Source: an uncultured Leptospirales bacterium (GTDB lineage Bacteria > Spirochaetota > UBA4802 > UBA5550). From it: DNA of 64,000 bases. A program made the translations under genes and the position numbers. The stretch spans positions 222,089-286,088 of the forward strand of contig CAZGWD010000002.1 in NCBI GenBank assembly GCA_964529415.1, in the 5' to 3' direction. Position 1 is the stretch's first letter. Each line of letters opens with the position of its first letter. The notes under the pieces were generated by a model. It was given only the letters and a program-made list of their open reading frames with translations, was not told the DNA's origin and made no database searches. This document shows positions 10,417-21,600 of this stretch, piece after piece.

Positions 10417-11676
10417 ATGATTACAAAGCCGCCGGGAATTGAAGATATTTTTCCAGACAGAATTGAAAAATGGAATCATATTATAAACTCAGCTCGAGAA
10501 GCCTTTGATCTGTACAACTTCAAAGAAATAATAATTCCAATTATGGAATTCACAGAAGTATTCGCGCGGGGCCTCGGCGGAGAAACAGATATTGTATCAA
10601 AAGAAATGTTTACCTTCGAGGACCGCGGCGGCAGAAGCCTCACTCTTCGTCCGGAAGGGACTGCATCTGCTGTGCGCGCCTATGTTGAAAACGGCGAATA
10701 CAACAGGCTTTCCATATGCAAATTTTTCTACTGCGGACCGATGTTCAGAGCGGAGAAACCCCAGAAAGGACGGCTCAGGCAGTTCAACCAGTTCGGTGCT
10801 GAAATTTTCGGAAGCTCCGACCCCTACCATGATTTTGAAATTATTTCAATGGTAGATTCAATTGCAAAAAAGCTTAACATTGCCGGATATGAACTTTTAC
10901 TAAACTCAATAGGCTGCCCTCAATGCAGGCCCGACTTCTTAACTAAATTGCAGAAATTCTATGCTGAAAAACTCCCTAAGCTGTGCGACGACTGCAAAAG
11001 AAGATATGACAAAAACATACTGCGCCTGCTTGACTGCAAAAATGAAAAATGTATTGAAATAAAAAAAGATGCTCCTGTAATAACAGATTACATCTGCAGC
11101 AAGTGTTCTGATCATCATGTTATGGTTAAAGCCTATATATCTGACGCGAAAATAGCATTCAGGGAGGATCCATTACTCGTTCGCGGTCTTGACTATTACT
11201 CAAGAACCACTTTTGAATTTGTGACAACAGACATAGGAGCGCAGAATGCTTTTGCAGCAGGAGGCAGATATGACAGCCTTGTTGAAACATTCGAAGGCAA
11301 ACCCACGCCTGCAGTTGGTTTTGCTGCAGGCATTGAAAGACTTTTCCTTATGATTGAAAAAAATGAAATTGTGCAGAAAGCTCTCGATGTATACGTTATT
11401 CACAGCGGAGGTGAAACTTTATCTGCTGCTGTAAAAATTGCAGGCGAATTAAGAGATAATCATATATCATCGGACATAGACCCGTCAGGAGCCAGCTTCA
11501 AATCGCAATTTAAAAAAGCCGACAGGGAAAAGGCAAGATTCTGTGCTATACTTGGCGAAGATGAATTTAAATCAGGCGATGTAACTGTAAAAAATATGGC
11601 TACAGGCGAACAGGAAAAATGCCCGCAGCTGGAATTAATAAACAGGATAAAATCAGGAATAAATCAGACGAGGTAA
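10417..11676 (+). CDS. hisS: Histidyl-tRNA synthetase carrying a cysteine-rich insertion
   Basis: LRPEGTASAVRAY motif 2 and FEFVTTD..AAGGRYD motif 3. Four CxxC pairs lie between the motifs. Confidence 0.9.
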   Translation: MITKPPGIEDIFPDRIEKWNHIINSAREAFDLYNFKEIIIPIMEFTEVFARGLGGETDIVSKEMFTFEDRGGRSLTLRPEGTASAVRAYVENGEYNRLSICKFFYCGPMFRAEKPQKGRLRQFNQFGAEIFGSSDPYHDFEIISMVDSIAKKLNIAGYELLLNSIGCPQCRPDFLTKLQKFYAEKLPKLCDDCKRRYDKNILRLLDCKNEKCIEIKKDAPVITDYICSKCSDHHVMVKAYISDAKIAFREDPLLVRGLDYYSRTTFEFVTTDIGAQNAFAAGGRYDSLVETFEGKPTPAVGFAAGIERLFLMIEKNEIVQKALDVYVIHSGGETLSAAVKIAGELRDNHISSDIDPSGASFKSQFKKADREKARFCAILGEDEFKSGDVTVKNMATGEQEKCPQLELINRIKSGINQTR

Positions 11677-11681
11677 TTATT

Positions 11682-12296
11682 ATGAGCATATCGATTCAAT
11701 GGAATGAAAGGAAACAAAACTTTTACAAATGGAGGGTAAATCTTGGTTTAGCTGAAAAAATTATCATATCAGCTGTGTTTGCAATTGCAGTTGCTGTATC
11801 AGCTCAGGTACGCATTCCTCTTCCATGGACACCGGTACCAATAACAACTCAGACCATAGCTGTATTTACAGGAGCTGTTTTACTCGGCAGATACTGGGGA
11901 GGAATCAGTTTTCTGATATATATTATTATGGGCATGGCAGGTCTGCCTGTTTTTGCCGGATTCAAATCCGGAGCTGCTGCACTGCTTGGACCCACCGGCG
12001 GATACCTGATTGGTTTTGCAATTGCCGCTTTCCTGATTGGTCATTTAACTGACAAATTTGCTGAAGCAAGAAAGCCTCTGAACCTGTTAATGATTATGCT
12101 TGTTTCAAATTTTACAATAGTTCATTTAATCGGATTGGTTCAATTATACTTCTGGATGGATATTGCAGTTGGAAAACATTTGGGATTAAAAGAACTTCTC
12201 CTTGCAGGCTCAATTCCTTTTATAGCGGGAGATATTGTAAAGATTATAATTTCTGCATTAGTTTCATCAACGCTGTCAGTACGAAAACAAATTTAA
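11682..12296 (+). CDS. bioY: Biotin transporter BioY (ECF S-component)
   Basis: PITTQTIAVFTGAVLLG...GLPVFAG...LGPTGGYLIGF. The track ORF starts at 11619 and overlaps hisS, so the likely start is the ATG at 11682. Confidence 0.8.
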   Translation: MSISIQWNERKQNFYKWRVNLGLAEKIIISAVFAIAVAVSAQVRIPLPWTPVPITTQTIAVFTGAVLLGRYWGGISFLIYIIMGMAGLPVFAGFKSGAAALLGPTGGYLIGFAIAAFLIGHLTDKFAEARKPLNLLMIMLVSNFTIVHLIGLVQLYFWMDIAVGKHLGLKELLLAGSIPFIAGDIVKIIISALVSSTLSVRKQI

Positions 12297-12336
12297 AAAC
12301 TTTTTATAAAATTAAAGTGTTTATATGTGTAAGTAA

Positions 12337-12441
12337 GGGAGATAAAAGAGATAGAAGAGATGATGGAGATAAAAAAATTTAAGAAGAATTTATATAAAAA
12401 AAATCATTCCCCCGATCTCCTCAATCCCCACATCCCCTGCT
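12337..12441. repeat. Second copy of the MITE-like purine-rich element, inverted relative to 23241-23372
   Basis: GGGAGATAAAAGAGATAGAAGAGATGATGGAGATAAAAAAA...CCCCCGATCTCCTCAATCCCCACATCCCCTGCT. Confidence 0.45.
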
Positions 12442-12458
12442 CTTACACTTATTAACTT

Positions 12459-13313
12459 ATGTTTAAAATTGCTTATTATAAGAAATCTATATTTGATTTC
12501 AAACAGAGGCATAACATGAAAAAAAATATACTTATAACAGGAGCAGCAAGCGGGCTCGGACAGGCAGCAGCTCTGGAATTTGCATCAAACGGAGATCATA
12601 TATTTGCCTGCGATGTAAATAAAAAAGGATTGGCTGTTATTTCATCGAATAAAAACATTACTGCAATTGAAATGGATGTAACTTCTCCAAAAAGCGTTTT
12701 ATCTGCATTAAAAAAAATCAGCTCCTCTGCAAAAGGCCTTGATGGAATAATTAATGTTGCAGGAATTTTCAAGGGAGGTTCACTTGTTGAAATTACTGAA
12801 GAACATTTTGAGCGGATGTTCAAAGTGAATGTATCCGGAACATACAGAGTAACGAAAACTTTCTTTCCGCTGCTGTTAAAAAATAAAGGTCGGATTGTAA
12901 ATATAAGTTCTGAAACAGGCAGACTAAGCGTTTGCTTCAATGGATTATATTCCATGACAAAATACTCAATCGAAGCATATTCAGATGCGCTCAGAAGAGA
13001 GCTCCAGCTTCTGGGCATGAAGGTCATTATTATTCAGCCGGGTCCGATTAAAACTCCACTTCTATCTAAAACTGTTGAATTGATGGGGAAATCAGAATTA
13101 TTCAGAAAACAGGTTGATATGATAGGCAAAGTTTCACAAAAAGAAGAATCGCGGGCAGTTTCTTCATCGAAAGCTGCAAAAATTATTGTTAAGGCTTTTT
13201 ACAGCAAAAATCCAAAGCCTCGTTACAGGGTTAATCAGCCCCTGGACAGGTACATTCTTTCATTTCTGCCTGCACGCTTAGTTGATTTTATATTCAAATT
13301 AGCCTTGAGATAA
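12459..13313 (+). CDS. Short-chain dehydrogenase/reductase
   Basis: ILITGAASGLGQAAALEF cofactor-binding motif and YSMTKYSIEAY catalytic region. The likely start is the Met at 12516. Confidence 0.8.
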   Translation: MFKIAYYKKSIFDFKQRHNMKKNILITGAASGLGQAAALEFASNGDHIFACDVNKKGLAVISSNKNITAIEMDVTSPKSVLSALKKISSSAKGLDGIINVAGIFKGGSLVEITEEHFERMFKVNVSGTYRVTKTFFPLLLKNKGRIVNISSETGRLSVCFNGLYSMTKYSIEAYSDALRRELQLLGMKVIIIQPGPIKTPLLSKTVELMGKSELFRKQVDMIGKVSQKEESRAVSSSKAAKIIVKAFYSKNPKPRYRVNQPLDRYILSFLPARLVDFIFKLALR

Positions 13314-13327
13314 ATAAATACAGTGAA

Positions 13328-13639
13328 TCATTTATTCTTTGTATAAATAACTTTCCCTGCCCTATCTATATGATCTTTTAAACTTTCATGAGCTATATGA
13401 AAAAAATCAACTATATCAAAATAATACGGCATTGGACTTTCCTCTTCAAGAATTGCATGCAGGCGTGATACTGTATCAAAAGTTACTTTATCACCATATA
13501 TTGCAATATCAACATCTGAACCTGGTTTGTTATTCCCTTTAGCTCTTGAACCAAAAATAGAAGCTTTTTCAATCTCAGAAAATTTCGAAAGAGATGAAAT
13601 GATATATTCAACATCATCAGGTCTTAATCCGAAACTCAT
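13328..13639 (-). CDS. Nucleotidyltransferase (MNT-type), antitoxin of a HEPN/MNT pair
   Basis: GSRAKGNNKPGSDVDIAI nucleotidyltransferase motif; 103 aa. Confidence 0.75.
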   Translation of the reverse strand: MSFGLRPDDVEYIISSLSKFSEIEKASIFGSRAKGNNKPGSDVDIAIYGDKVTFDTVSRLHAILEEESPMPYYFDIVDFFHIAHESLKDHIDRAGKVIYTKNK

Positions 13640-14034
13640 AATTCACTCTTCAATCTATCATGCAATGCAGTTATAATCTGATAAAATTTTTCACGGATAT
13701 TTTTTTCTGACAGATCCGCTATAGATTCATCATATGTATGAGCCATCAGGTTTCTTTTATCAAGTGCATCTATCCAGGTGTGACCGTCTTTAATCAGCTC
13801 CATCTCAAATGCAGACTGAATGACCTGACGGGGAGTATTAATAATAAACCCCTGATCTTCGAGATAATCTTTCGCTGTTTTCCACGCAAGTTCAAATGTA
13901 TATTCAAAGCACTGAATCAAACCCTGTTTTTCAAATTTATTTATAGCCGGCAGTTCGATAAATTCCTTTAGCTGGCTATAAGCTTTTGAGAAATTTTCAA
14001 ACCTCTGTTTCCATCTGATATCAATATCACTCAT
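13636..14034 (-). CDS. HEPN-domain protein (nucleotidyltransferase substrate-binding family), toxin partner
   Basis: C-terminal half of the track ORF. It starts at the internal MSDIDIRWKQRF Met (ATG at 14032-14034) and overlaps the MNT gene by 4 nt. The upstream part of the track ORF is antisense overlap with the thrC 3' end. Confidence 0.65.
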   Translation of the reverse strand: MSDIDIRWKQRFENFSKAYSQLKEFIELPAINKFEKQGLIQCFEYTFELAWKTAKDYLEDQGFIINTPRQVIQSAFEMELIKDGHTWIDALDKRNLMAHTYDESIADLSEKNIREKFYQIITALHDRLKSEL

Positions 14035-14044
14035 ACCAGAACCC

Positions 14045-15400
<1,356 letters not shown>

Positions 15401-16672
15401 TCAATCCTCAACCCGAATCAGCGTCACATCACCGGTAACAAATTCGAAATTTTTTATTTCATCAACAGCTTTCATCATTGCCTCTTCCTGGGCATTGTGA
15501 GTTACAATAATAAGAGGCACATATTTTCCTGATCCTGCTTTTTGTATTACAGAAGCAATCGATATGTTATTTTTCCCGAGAACACCTGAAACTTTTGACA
15601 ATATTCCGGGGCTGTCCTCTGTTTGAATTCTCATGTAATAATTTAAAAATCTGCTGCCTGGTTTCAGATACTGCGCAGGCTCAGGCAAAGAAAATTTTTC
15701 CTTTGCAGCTCCCTGATAAACAGCAGCCTGCATGACATCGCTCATAATCGCCGAAGCAGTAGGCCTTCCGCCTGCGCCCCTGCCGTAAAAAGTAACAGGC
15801 CCGGTCATATCGCAGTCATACATTACTGCATTAAATTCGTTTCTTACTGATGCGAGAGGATGCGTTAAAGGAATCATCGCAGGATGAACCCTGATATCAA
15901 TATTTCCGTCAATAATATTTGAAACACCAAGCAGCTTGATGATATACCCCATATCCTTTGCAAATGCGATATCAATCTCGCTGATGCGGGTAATTCCTTC
16001 TATTGAAATTGATTTGTAATCAACTCTCCTGCCGTATGCAAGCTGGGTCAGAATTGAAATTTTATGCCCTGCATCAAATCCCTCAATGTCGAAAGTAGGG
16101 TCAGCTTCTGCAAAGCCTTTTTCCTGGGCATCTTTAAGAGCAACTGCAAAAGGCAATCCATGATCCTGCATCTGGGAAAGAATATAATTTGTGGTTCCAT
16201 TTAGAATACCAATAACGGATTTCACATTATTCGCAACTAAACCTTTTGTAAGAGACAGGAGACATGGAATTCCTCCTGCTACGGATGCTTCGAATCCGAG
16301 ATAATTTCCTGTCTTATGCGCAGTCTCGAAAATTTCAGATCCGTCTTCTGCAAGCAGCTTCTTGTTGGCAGTAACAACTGCTTTACCTGAATTCAAAGCT
16401 GAAAGAATAATATTTTTTGCAGGGTTGATGCCGCCGATGAGCTCAACAATTACATCTATATCCGGGTCAGAAGTAACATCCTCCCATTTATCAGTTACTG
16501 CACAATCAGGTGCTGCCTTCTTTATGAGTTCAGAATTCACTTCGCAGATTTTTTTTATTAGAGGCCTGAAACCTGTTCTGCCGGCAATTATACCTCTGTT
16601 TTCCTTAATAACTTCGTACACTCCGCTGCCGACAGTGCCGAATCCTATCAGACCTATTTTTATATCTTTCAT
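15401..16672 (-). CDS. hom: Homoserine dehydrogenase
   Basis: KIGLIGFGTVGSGVYEVI N-terminus and a C-terminal ACT domain; 423 aa. Confidence 0.9.
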   Translation of the reverse strand: MKDIKIGLIGFGTVGSGVYEVIKENRGIIAGRTGFRPLIKKICEVNSELIKKAAPDCAVTDKWEDVTSDPDIDVIVELIGGINPAKNIILSALNSGKAVVTANKKLLAEDGSEIFETAHKTGNYLGFEASVAGGIPCLLSLTKGLVANNVKSVIGILNGTTNYILSQMQDHGLPFAVALKDAQEKGFAEADPTFDIEGFDAGHKISILTQLAYGRRVDYKSISIEGITRISEIDIAFAKDMGYIIKLLGVSNIIDGNIDIRVHPAMIPLTHPLASVRNEFNAVMYDCDMTGPVTFYGRGAGGRPTASAIMSDVMQAAVYQGAAKEKFSLPEPAQYLKPGSRFLNYYMRIQTEDSPGILSKVSGVLGKNNISIASVIQKAGSGKYVPLIIVTHNAQEEAMMKAVDEIKNFEFVTGDVTLIRVED

Positions 16673-16813
16673 AACAACCTCATTAAAAATTCACTTCCCT
16701 GAATTTTCATTTTCTCTATTTTTTTGTCAATAACTGTTTTTATTAGTGCTTGACAATTATACGATTATGCCTTTATAAAAACAGCAATAATAAAAAACAC
16801 GAGGTTATTTCAA

Positions 16814-17770
16814 ATGAAAAAAACAGCTATAATAATAATATTAATTTCCGTTTTTATGATTTCCGGATGCGGCAAGAAAAAAGAAGACACCACGATAAGA
16901 GCAGGAATGATAAACTTTGTCGTGGGTGAGGTTTATCTGGTCAGCAAGGAAAAGCATCCTGTACCGGCCAAACCAGGCAATGCTGTAATCAAGGGAATGA
17001 AAATTGTAACATACGACAATTCTTCAGCAGAAATTTACTTCGGCGAAAATGCAGTTAAAATACTCGGAAACTCAAGCGTGGAAATAATGGAACTTTTAGG
17101 CGATGCGGCAACAGGCGAAAAAACTGAATTTTTTGTGGAAAACGGCAAGGTCTTTTCAAAAATTTCAAAAAAACTCATGAAGGGGGATCAGTTCACAATT
17201 AAGACCCCTACTTCAACAGCCGGCGTAAGAGGAACGGATTTCATGGTTAACGAAAGCGAAGGCAAATCACAGGTATCATGTCTTGACGGAAAAGTTGAAG
17301 TATCAAATGCAACAACACCATCTGTTAAATCAGTTGAACTGAATGGAGGAGAGGAAGTTACAGTTGAACCCGGCAAGCCTCTTACTGTAAAAGCACTTTC
17401 GCAGAATAATAAAAAGATGATCGAAGACATAAAAAAAGATATAAAAAATATTCAGGACGATATCAGAAAGCAGTTTGAAAAACAGAGAGAGGAAATAAAG
17501 CAGTACGTTATAGATCAGAAAGAAAAAAACAAACAGATGCTTGAAGACCAGAAAGCTCTTGATAAAAAAAACATCGATGACCAGAAATCCGGCGACAGGG
17601 CAAATATAGATGCGATAAAAGGCTCATCTGACGCAGAAAAAACAAGGTCAAAAGAAGCAGTAAACAGACAAAAAGATGATCAGAAAAATCTATTAGAAGG
17701 CGTTAAGCCGGATATAAACAAACAGAGCGTAAAACCCGAAATCAAAAAATACAGTTCAGAAGTTAAATAG
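16814..17770 (+). CDS. Lipoprotein with a FecR-like domain and a Lys/Asp/Gln-rich coiled-coil tail
   Basis: Signal peptide plus Cys (ISGCGKK). The FecR-like segment reads IKTPTSTAGVRGTDFMV. Confidence 0.5.
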   Translation: MKKTAIIIILISVFMISGCGKKKEDTTIRAGMINFVVGEVYLVSKEKHPVPAKPGNAVIKGMKIVTYDNSSAEIYFGENAVKILGNSSVEIMELLGDAATGEKTEFFVENGKVFSKISKKLMKGDQFTIKTPTSTAGVRGTDFMVNESEGKSQVSCLDGKVEVSNATTPSVKSVELNGGEEVTVEPGKPLTVKALSQNNKKMIEDIKKDIKNIQDDIRKQFEKQREEIKQYVIDQKEKNKQMLEDQKALDKKNIDDQKSGDRANIDAIKGSSDAEKTRSKEAVNRQKDDQKNLLEGVKPDINKQSVKPEIKKYSSEVK

Positions 17771-18179
17771 CTGGATTAAGGCCGGCTTCGAGCCGGCTTC
17801 TTTGTATCGCAGATTTTATTGTAAGACTTAAATGATCCGGATGAACCGGTTTGATTAAATAGCCATAATGCGAAATCCCATCAGCAAGTTCCATCTGTTT
17901 TGTATTCGTATCTGAAGTTAAAAAAACCACTGGAAGCGCATTTTCTTTTCTGATTATATCTGCAGCCGTAATTCCATTCATGCTGCTGGACAGTCCTATA
18001 TCCATCAATATACAGTCCGGTTTATCTTCTTTTATGTTTTTTACAGCCTCCTCTCCGGTTGAATAAGAAGCACAAACTTCAAAACCGAGATTCTCGAGAA
18101 TTCGCCTCAGATACGCAACATAAACAAGCTCATCCTCTACAATTATTATTTTTTCAACAGACATTTCAATCGTTACCAT
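17763..18179 (-). CDS. Stand-alone response-regulator receiver (CheY-like)
   Basis: IIIVEDELVYVAYL...DCILMDIGL with a phospho-acceptor Asp; 138 aa and no output domain. Confidence 0.8.
   Translation of the reverse strand: MVTIEMSVEKIIIVEDELVYVAYLRRILENLGFEVCASYSTGEEAVKNIKEDKPDCILMDIGLSSSMNGITAADIIRKENALPVVFLTSDTNTKQMELADGISHYGYLIKPVHPDHLSLTIKSAIQRSRLEAGLNPAI
17782..17806 (+). terminator. Candidate intrinsic terminator for the 16814-17770 gene
   Basis: GCCGGC-TTCGA-GCCGGC hairpin followed by TTCTTTGT, located 12 nt after the stop. The hairpin lies inside the 3' end of the convergent receiver gene. Confidence 0.4.
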
Positions 18180-18514
18180 ATATAAAATACAGCAACCAAC
18201 CTTCCTTTAAATCTGACCAGGTTAATAAAAATTTAAATATATCACTAATATAAAAATAAATCATGATGAATTACAATATACATCTTAATTTGAAATAAAA
18301 CAAAAAAAAACACTGAAAAAAATAATTTTTTAGAAAGTGTAAAATCATAAAATAAATCAATAAAATATATATGAAAAAACAGCCTGAAAATACCGAAAAT
18401 ATAAATAAGAAAAGTATGATTAAAAAACTTTTAAATACTGCACATTGATAAATTGATAAGGGCTATTCTTCTTTTAAAAATAAATAAAAAATAAATATTC
18501 AACCGGAAATAATC

Positions 18515-20071
18515 ATGTCAGATAAATATAAAATTATAATTTCATCCATACTTCTTTCTGCAATTTCAGTTATACTATACCTTTCATTCAGGGCTGATAC
18601 AATTGAAAATGAATATACTGCAAACCTGACAAAAATTTATGCGAGCATCAATAATTCTTACATTAAAATTGAACCTGAAATTTCCAAATCAAAGGAAAAT
18701 GCCTCTCTGAGGGAATTCTTTGAAAAATCGATAAAATCATATCCTGAAATTGCGCTTATTGCTCTGGCAGACGAAGGAGGTACAATTCTTCTTGCATCAA
18801 AAAACGATAAATACATCAAAACAGCAGAGTTGTTTGATTCGATATTAAATGATTTTTCTGAAAAGAAAATACTAATTGACAGGAATAAAAGATTCGCTGT
18901 AAAATACTACGAACAGGGACCTGAGAAAAAGAAAGAACAGATAAAATTTTACATATACACATTATACGGAACAAGATCATCCCTGCTTGCGGTTTTTCCC
19001 TATGATCCGAATTTCAATTTGATTTTAAAAATTGCCATTGAGGTTCTCCTTGTAATTGCTTTATGCGTAATGCTTATATCCGCCTTTCATATCCTTACCA
19101 GAAAAAATAAAAAGCAGAATGATCAGGGCATAGTGAATGCTATAAATAAAAAAAATTCAAATGAAATAAATATAACAAAATCTGTTATCACAGACGAGCC
19201 GGAAGTTAATCTCCCTATAAATATGGCTTCATCAGCTTCCTATGATGCCCTGAATCAGCATGTTTTTGATCTATTCAAAACGATATATAAAAAATTTACA
19301 CCGGTAAGCATATCCCTTCATCTGAAAAACACAAATGATGCGATGAATAAAGCCTATGAATTACGCGGAAAATCATTTCTCAAAATTGAATCCTCCAACT
19401 ATGATCCGATAGAAGTGAGCAGTTCTATTGCTGAAGAATTAAAAAACAGCTCATACATAATACTCGATTCAGGAAAAAAAATAATGCTGCCGGTTATAAA
19501 TGACAGATCGATTATCGGAATACTCGGAGTTGTATCTGATTCGCAATTAAGCAGTTCGGTTATCAATGAAATTAAAGAAAGCATTCAGGCTGTTATAAAA
19601 CCGCTTGCAGAATTTATTTCCATAAGTTCAGGAATGATCGACCGCGAAAGCGGACTCTACAGTAAAACATTTTTCAACATGAGGCTTACCGAATTGATAT
19701 CAGCAAAAAAAGCTGAAGATAAGAATTTCACTCTCATGATAATTAAACTATTCAGCAGAAATGACATGCCGGACAATAAAAACATTTCCACTGCTTTTAA
19801 ACTGCTGTCCCCTGCAATAATGGAGATCCTCCCTGCCGGTTCACAGCTATTTGGTTATGGTGAATATATCACAGTTCTCTCTAATTCGCCGGATTATGAA
19901 TTTTCTTCAAAAACAGAAACACTATTAAAAACACTTGCAAGATACAGAATAAAAATTTCAAGAGACAAACAGCTGCCGGTTTACCCTGCTTTTTCATTAA
20001 TTTCCTCTATTAATATGGAAAATCCCTCTTTAATGCTTGAAACAGCCTTAAAAAAAATAAGCGAAGATTGA
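18515..20071 (+). CDS. Membrane protein with a degenerate GGDEF-like C-terminal domain
   Basis: Two TM segments, then IDRESGLYSKTFFNMRL...TLMIIKLF, which resembles a GGDEF fold. GYGEY replaces the GGDEF motif. Confidence 0.45.
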   Translation: MSDKYKIIISSILLSAISVILYLSFRADTIENEYTANLTKIYASINNSYIKIEPEISKSKENASLREFFEKSIKSYPEIALIALADEGGTILLASKNDKYIKTAELFDSILNDFSEKKILIDRNKRFAVKYYEQGPEKKKEQIKFYIYTLYGTRSSLLAVFPYDPNFNLILKIAIEVLLVIALCVMLISAFHILTRKNKKQNDQGIVNAINKKNSNEINITKSVITDEPEVNLPINMASSASYDALNQHVFDLFKTIYKKFTPVSISLHLKNTNDAMNKAYELRGKSFLKIESSNYDPIEVSSSIAEELKNSSYIILDSGKKIMLPVINDRSIIGILGVVSDSQLSSSVINEIKESIQAVIKPLAEFISISSGMIDRESGLYSKTFFNMRLTELISAKKAEDKNFTLMIIKLFSRNDMPDNKNISTAFKLLSPAIMEILPAGSQLFGYGEYITVLSNSPDYEFSSKTETLLKTLARYRIKISRDKQLPVYPAFSLISSINMENPSLMLETALKKISED

Positions 20072-20211
20072 TTCTTTTATTTTTTTTTGATTGATTTTAC
20101 AATTGCCCTGTGTATAATTCAACCAGGATTGAATTATTATGCAGTATAATAATTCAGTTCAAATAAAAATATCCAATTGGTTTCAAATTTTATAAAATAT
20201 GAGGAACTATT

Positions 20212-20760
20212 ATGGCAAAAGCAACTTCATTGATCAAAGCCTATACAACAGAGACCATACCTCCGGATGGCGGTTTTATAATTACTGGAATCTTTGAAGA
20301 AGGTACGGCTTATTCCATATATGAAATTACTGCTTACAGAAACGTAAAAGATATTTTCAGAACAACAGACGGACTGATTTTCAAAACAGATGGCAACAGG
20401 ACACATATTCTTGTGGAACCTGCATCATTTTCGCAAAAGCATACTGAGCCTGTAAATAGAGAAGCCGGAAGATCAATTCCATACAGATTTAATGAAATGA
20501 ATATCCTTACCGGCAAAAAACAGGAAAAAGTAATGATCCCGAAAGAACCGGTTTTCCTTTATTCATCATTTACAATACTTGAAAAGAAGAGGGACTATTT
20601 TGCATTTATTTTTCATCCAACCGAAGATGTTTATATTGCAATGAAAAAATTCATTGCAGACAGCCTGTTCAACGACTGCAATATATCCAAACCGGATACT
20701 GTGGAAATTTCCAAAGCTGTTCTCGATACAATAAAAAAATTCACGGTCTTCCGCGGTTAA
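20212..20760 (+). CDS. Hypothetical protein
   Basis: 182-aa ORF packed 2 nt upstream of corC, apparently in the same operon. Confidence 0.4.
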   Translation: MAKATSLIKAYTTETIPPDGGFIITGIFEEGTAYSIYEITAYRNVKDIFRTTDGLIFKTDGNRTHILVEPASFSQKHTEPVNREAGRSIPYRFNEMNILTGKKQEKVMIPKEPVFLYSSFTILEKKRDYFAFIFHPTEDVYIAMKKFIADSLFNDCNISKPDTVEISKAVLDTIKKFTVFRG

Positions 20761-20762
20761 TT

Positions 20763-21596
20763 ATGTCATCAGACAAAGGAGACCCTGGCAGTCCGTCTAA
20801 AATCATAGACAGGCTGGGTTCAATCATCAACAACCGCTTCAAAAAAAAACACGGAAAATATTTCGATCTGCGCGAGCTTGAAAAACTCGACGTTCCCCGC
20901 ATGGAAATGATCCGCGGTATTCTGGAATTATCGGAAAAAAATGCGCGCGATATCATGATACCAAGAGTGGATATTGCTGCTATTGATTCAAATACAGAAC
21001 TAAAACCTCTTGTAAAACTTATATTCGAGGCCGGGCATTCCAGAGTACCTGTATACGTTGATACAATAGACAATATATCCGGAATTCTTTATGCAAAAGA
21101 TCTGCTTAAACTTATAATAGACATGCCGAAAAAATTCAGCCTTAAAAAAATACTGCACACTCCCTACTTTGTTCCTGAAACAATGCCTCTTGCAGAGCTG
21201 ATGCTTGAATTTCAAAAAAGAAAACTGCATCAGGCTATTGTTGTTGATGAATACGGAGGCGTAAGCGGGCTCGTAACTCTTGAAGATATTCTCGAGGAAA
21301 TTGTCGGTGAAATAAATGATGAGTTTGATGAAGTGGAACTTCCTGAGATAGAAAAAACAGGAAAGAACATATATGAAGTTGACCCGCGGCTGACTATTTC
21401 AGATTTTAATGAAGCAACAGGATTCAATATTCCCACAGATAATTTTGATACTATCGGCGGTTTTGTTCTTGATCTTTTCGGTAAAATACCGAACAAAGAT
21501 GATTCAGTCCGGCATGAAAAACTTACATTCAGAATTATAGAAATAAAAGGAACAGTAATAAACAGAATTACTGTTACAATTTCAAAAACAAAATAA
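20763..21596 (+). CDS. corC: CBS-pair / CorC_HlyC transporter-associated domain protein (CorC family)
   Basis: DIMIPRVDIAAI...SRVPVY CBS pair followed by the C-terminal transporter-associated domain. Confidence 0.8.
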   Translation: MSSDKGDPGSPSKIIDRLGSIINNRFKKKHGKYFDLRELEKLDVPRMEMIRGILELSEKNARDIMIPRVDIAAIDSNTELKPLVKLIFEAGHSRVPVYVDTIDNISGILYAKDLLKLIIDMPKKFSLKKILHTPYFVPETMPLAELMLEFQKRKLHQAIVVDEYGGVSGLVTLEDILEEIVGEINDEFDEVELPEIEKTGKNIYEVDPRLTISDFNEATGFNIPTDNFDTIGGFVLDLFGKIPNKDDSVRHEKLTFRIIEIKGTVINRITVTISKTK

Positions 21597-21600
21597 CAAG

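Noticed and set aside
18515-20071. Calling the protein an active diguanylate cyclase
   Set aside because: The GG(D/E)EF catalytic motif is absent (GYGEY in its place), so only a GGDEF-like fold can be claimed.
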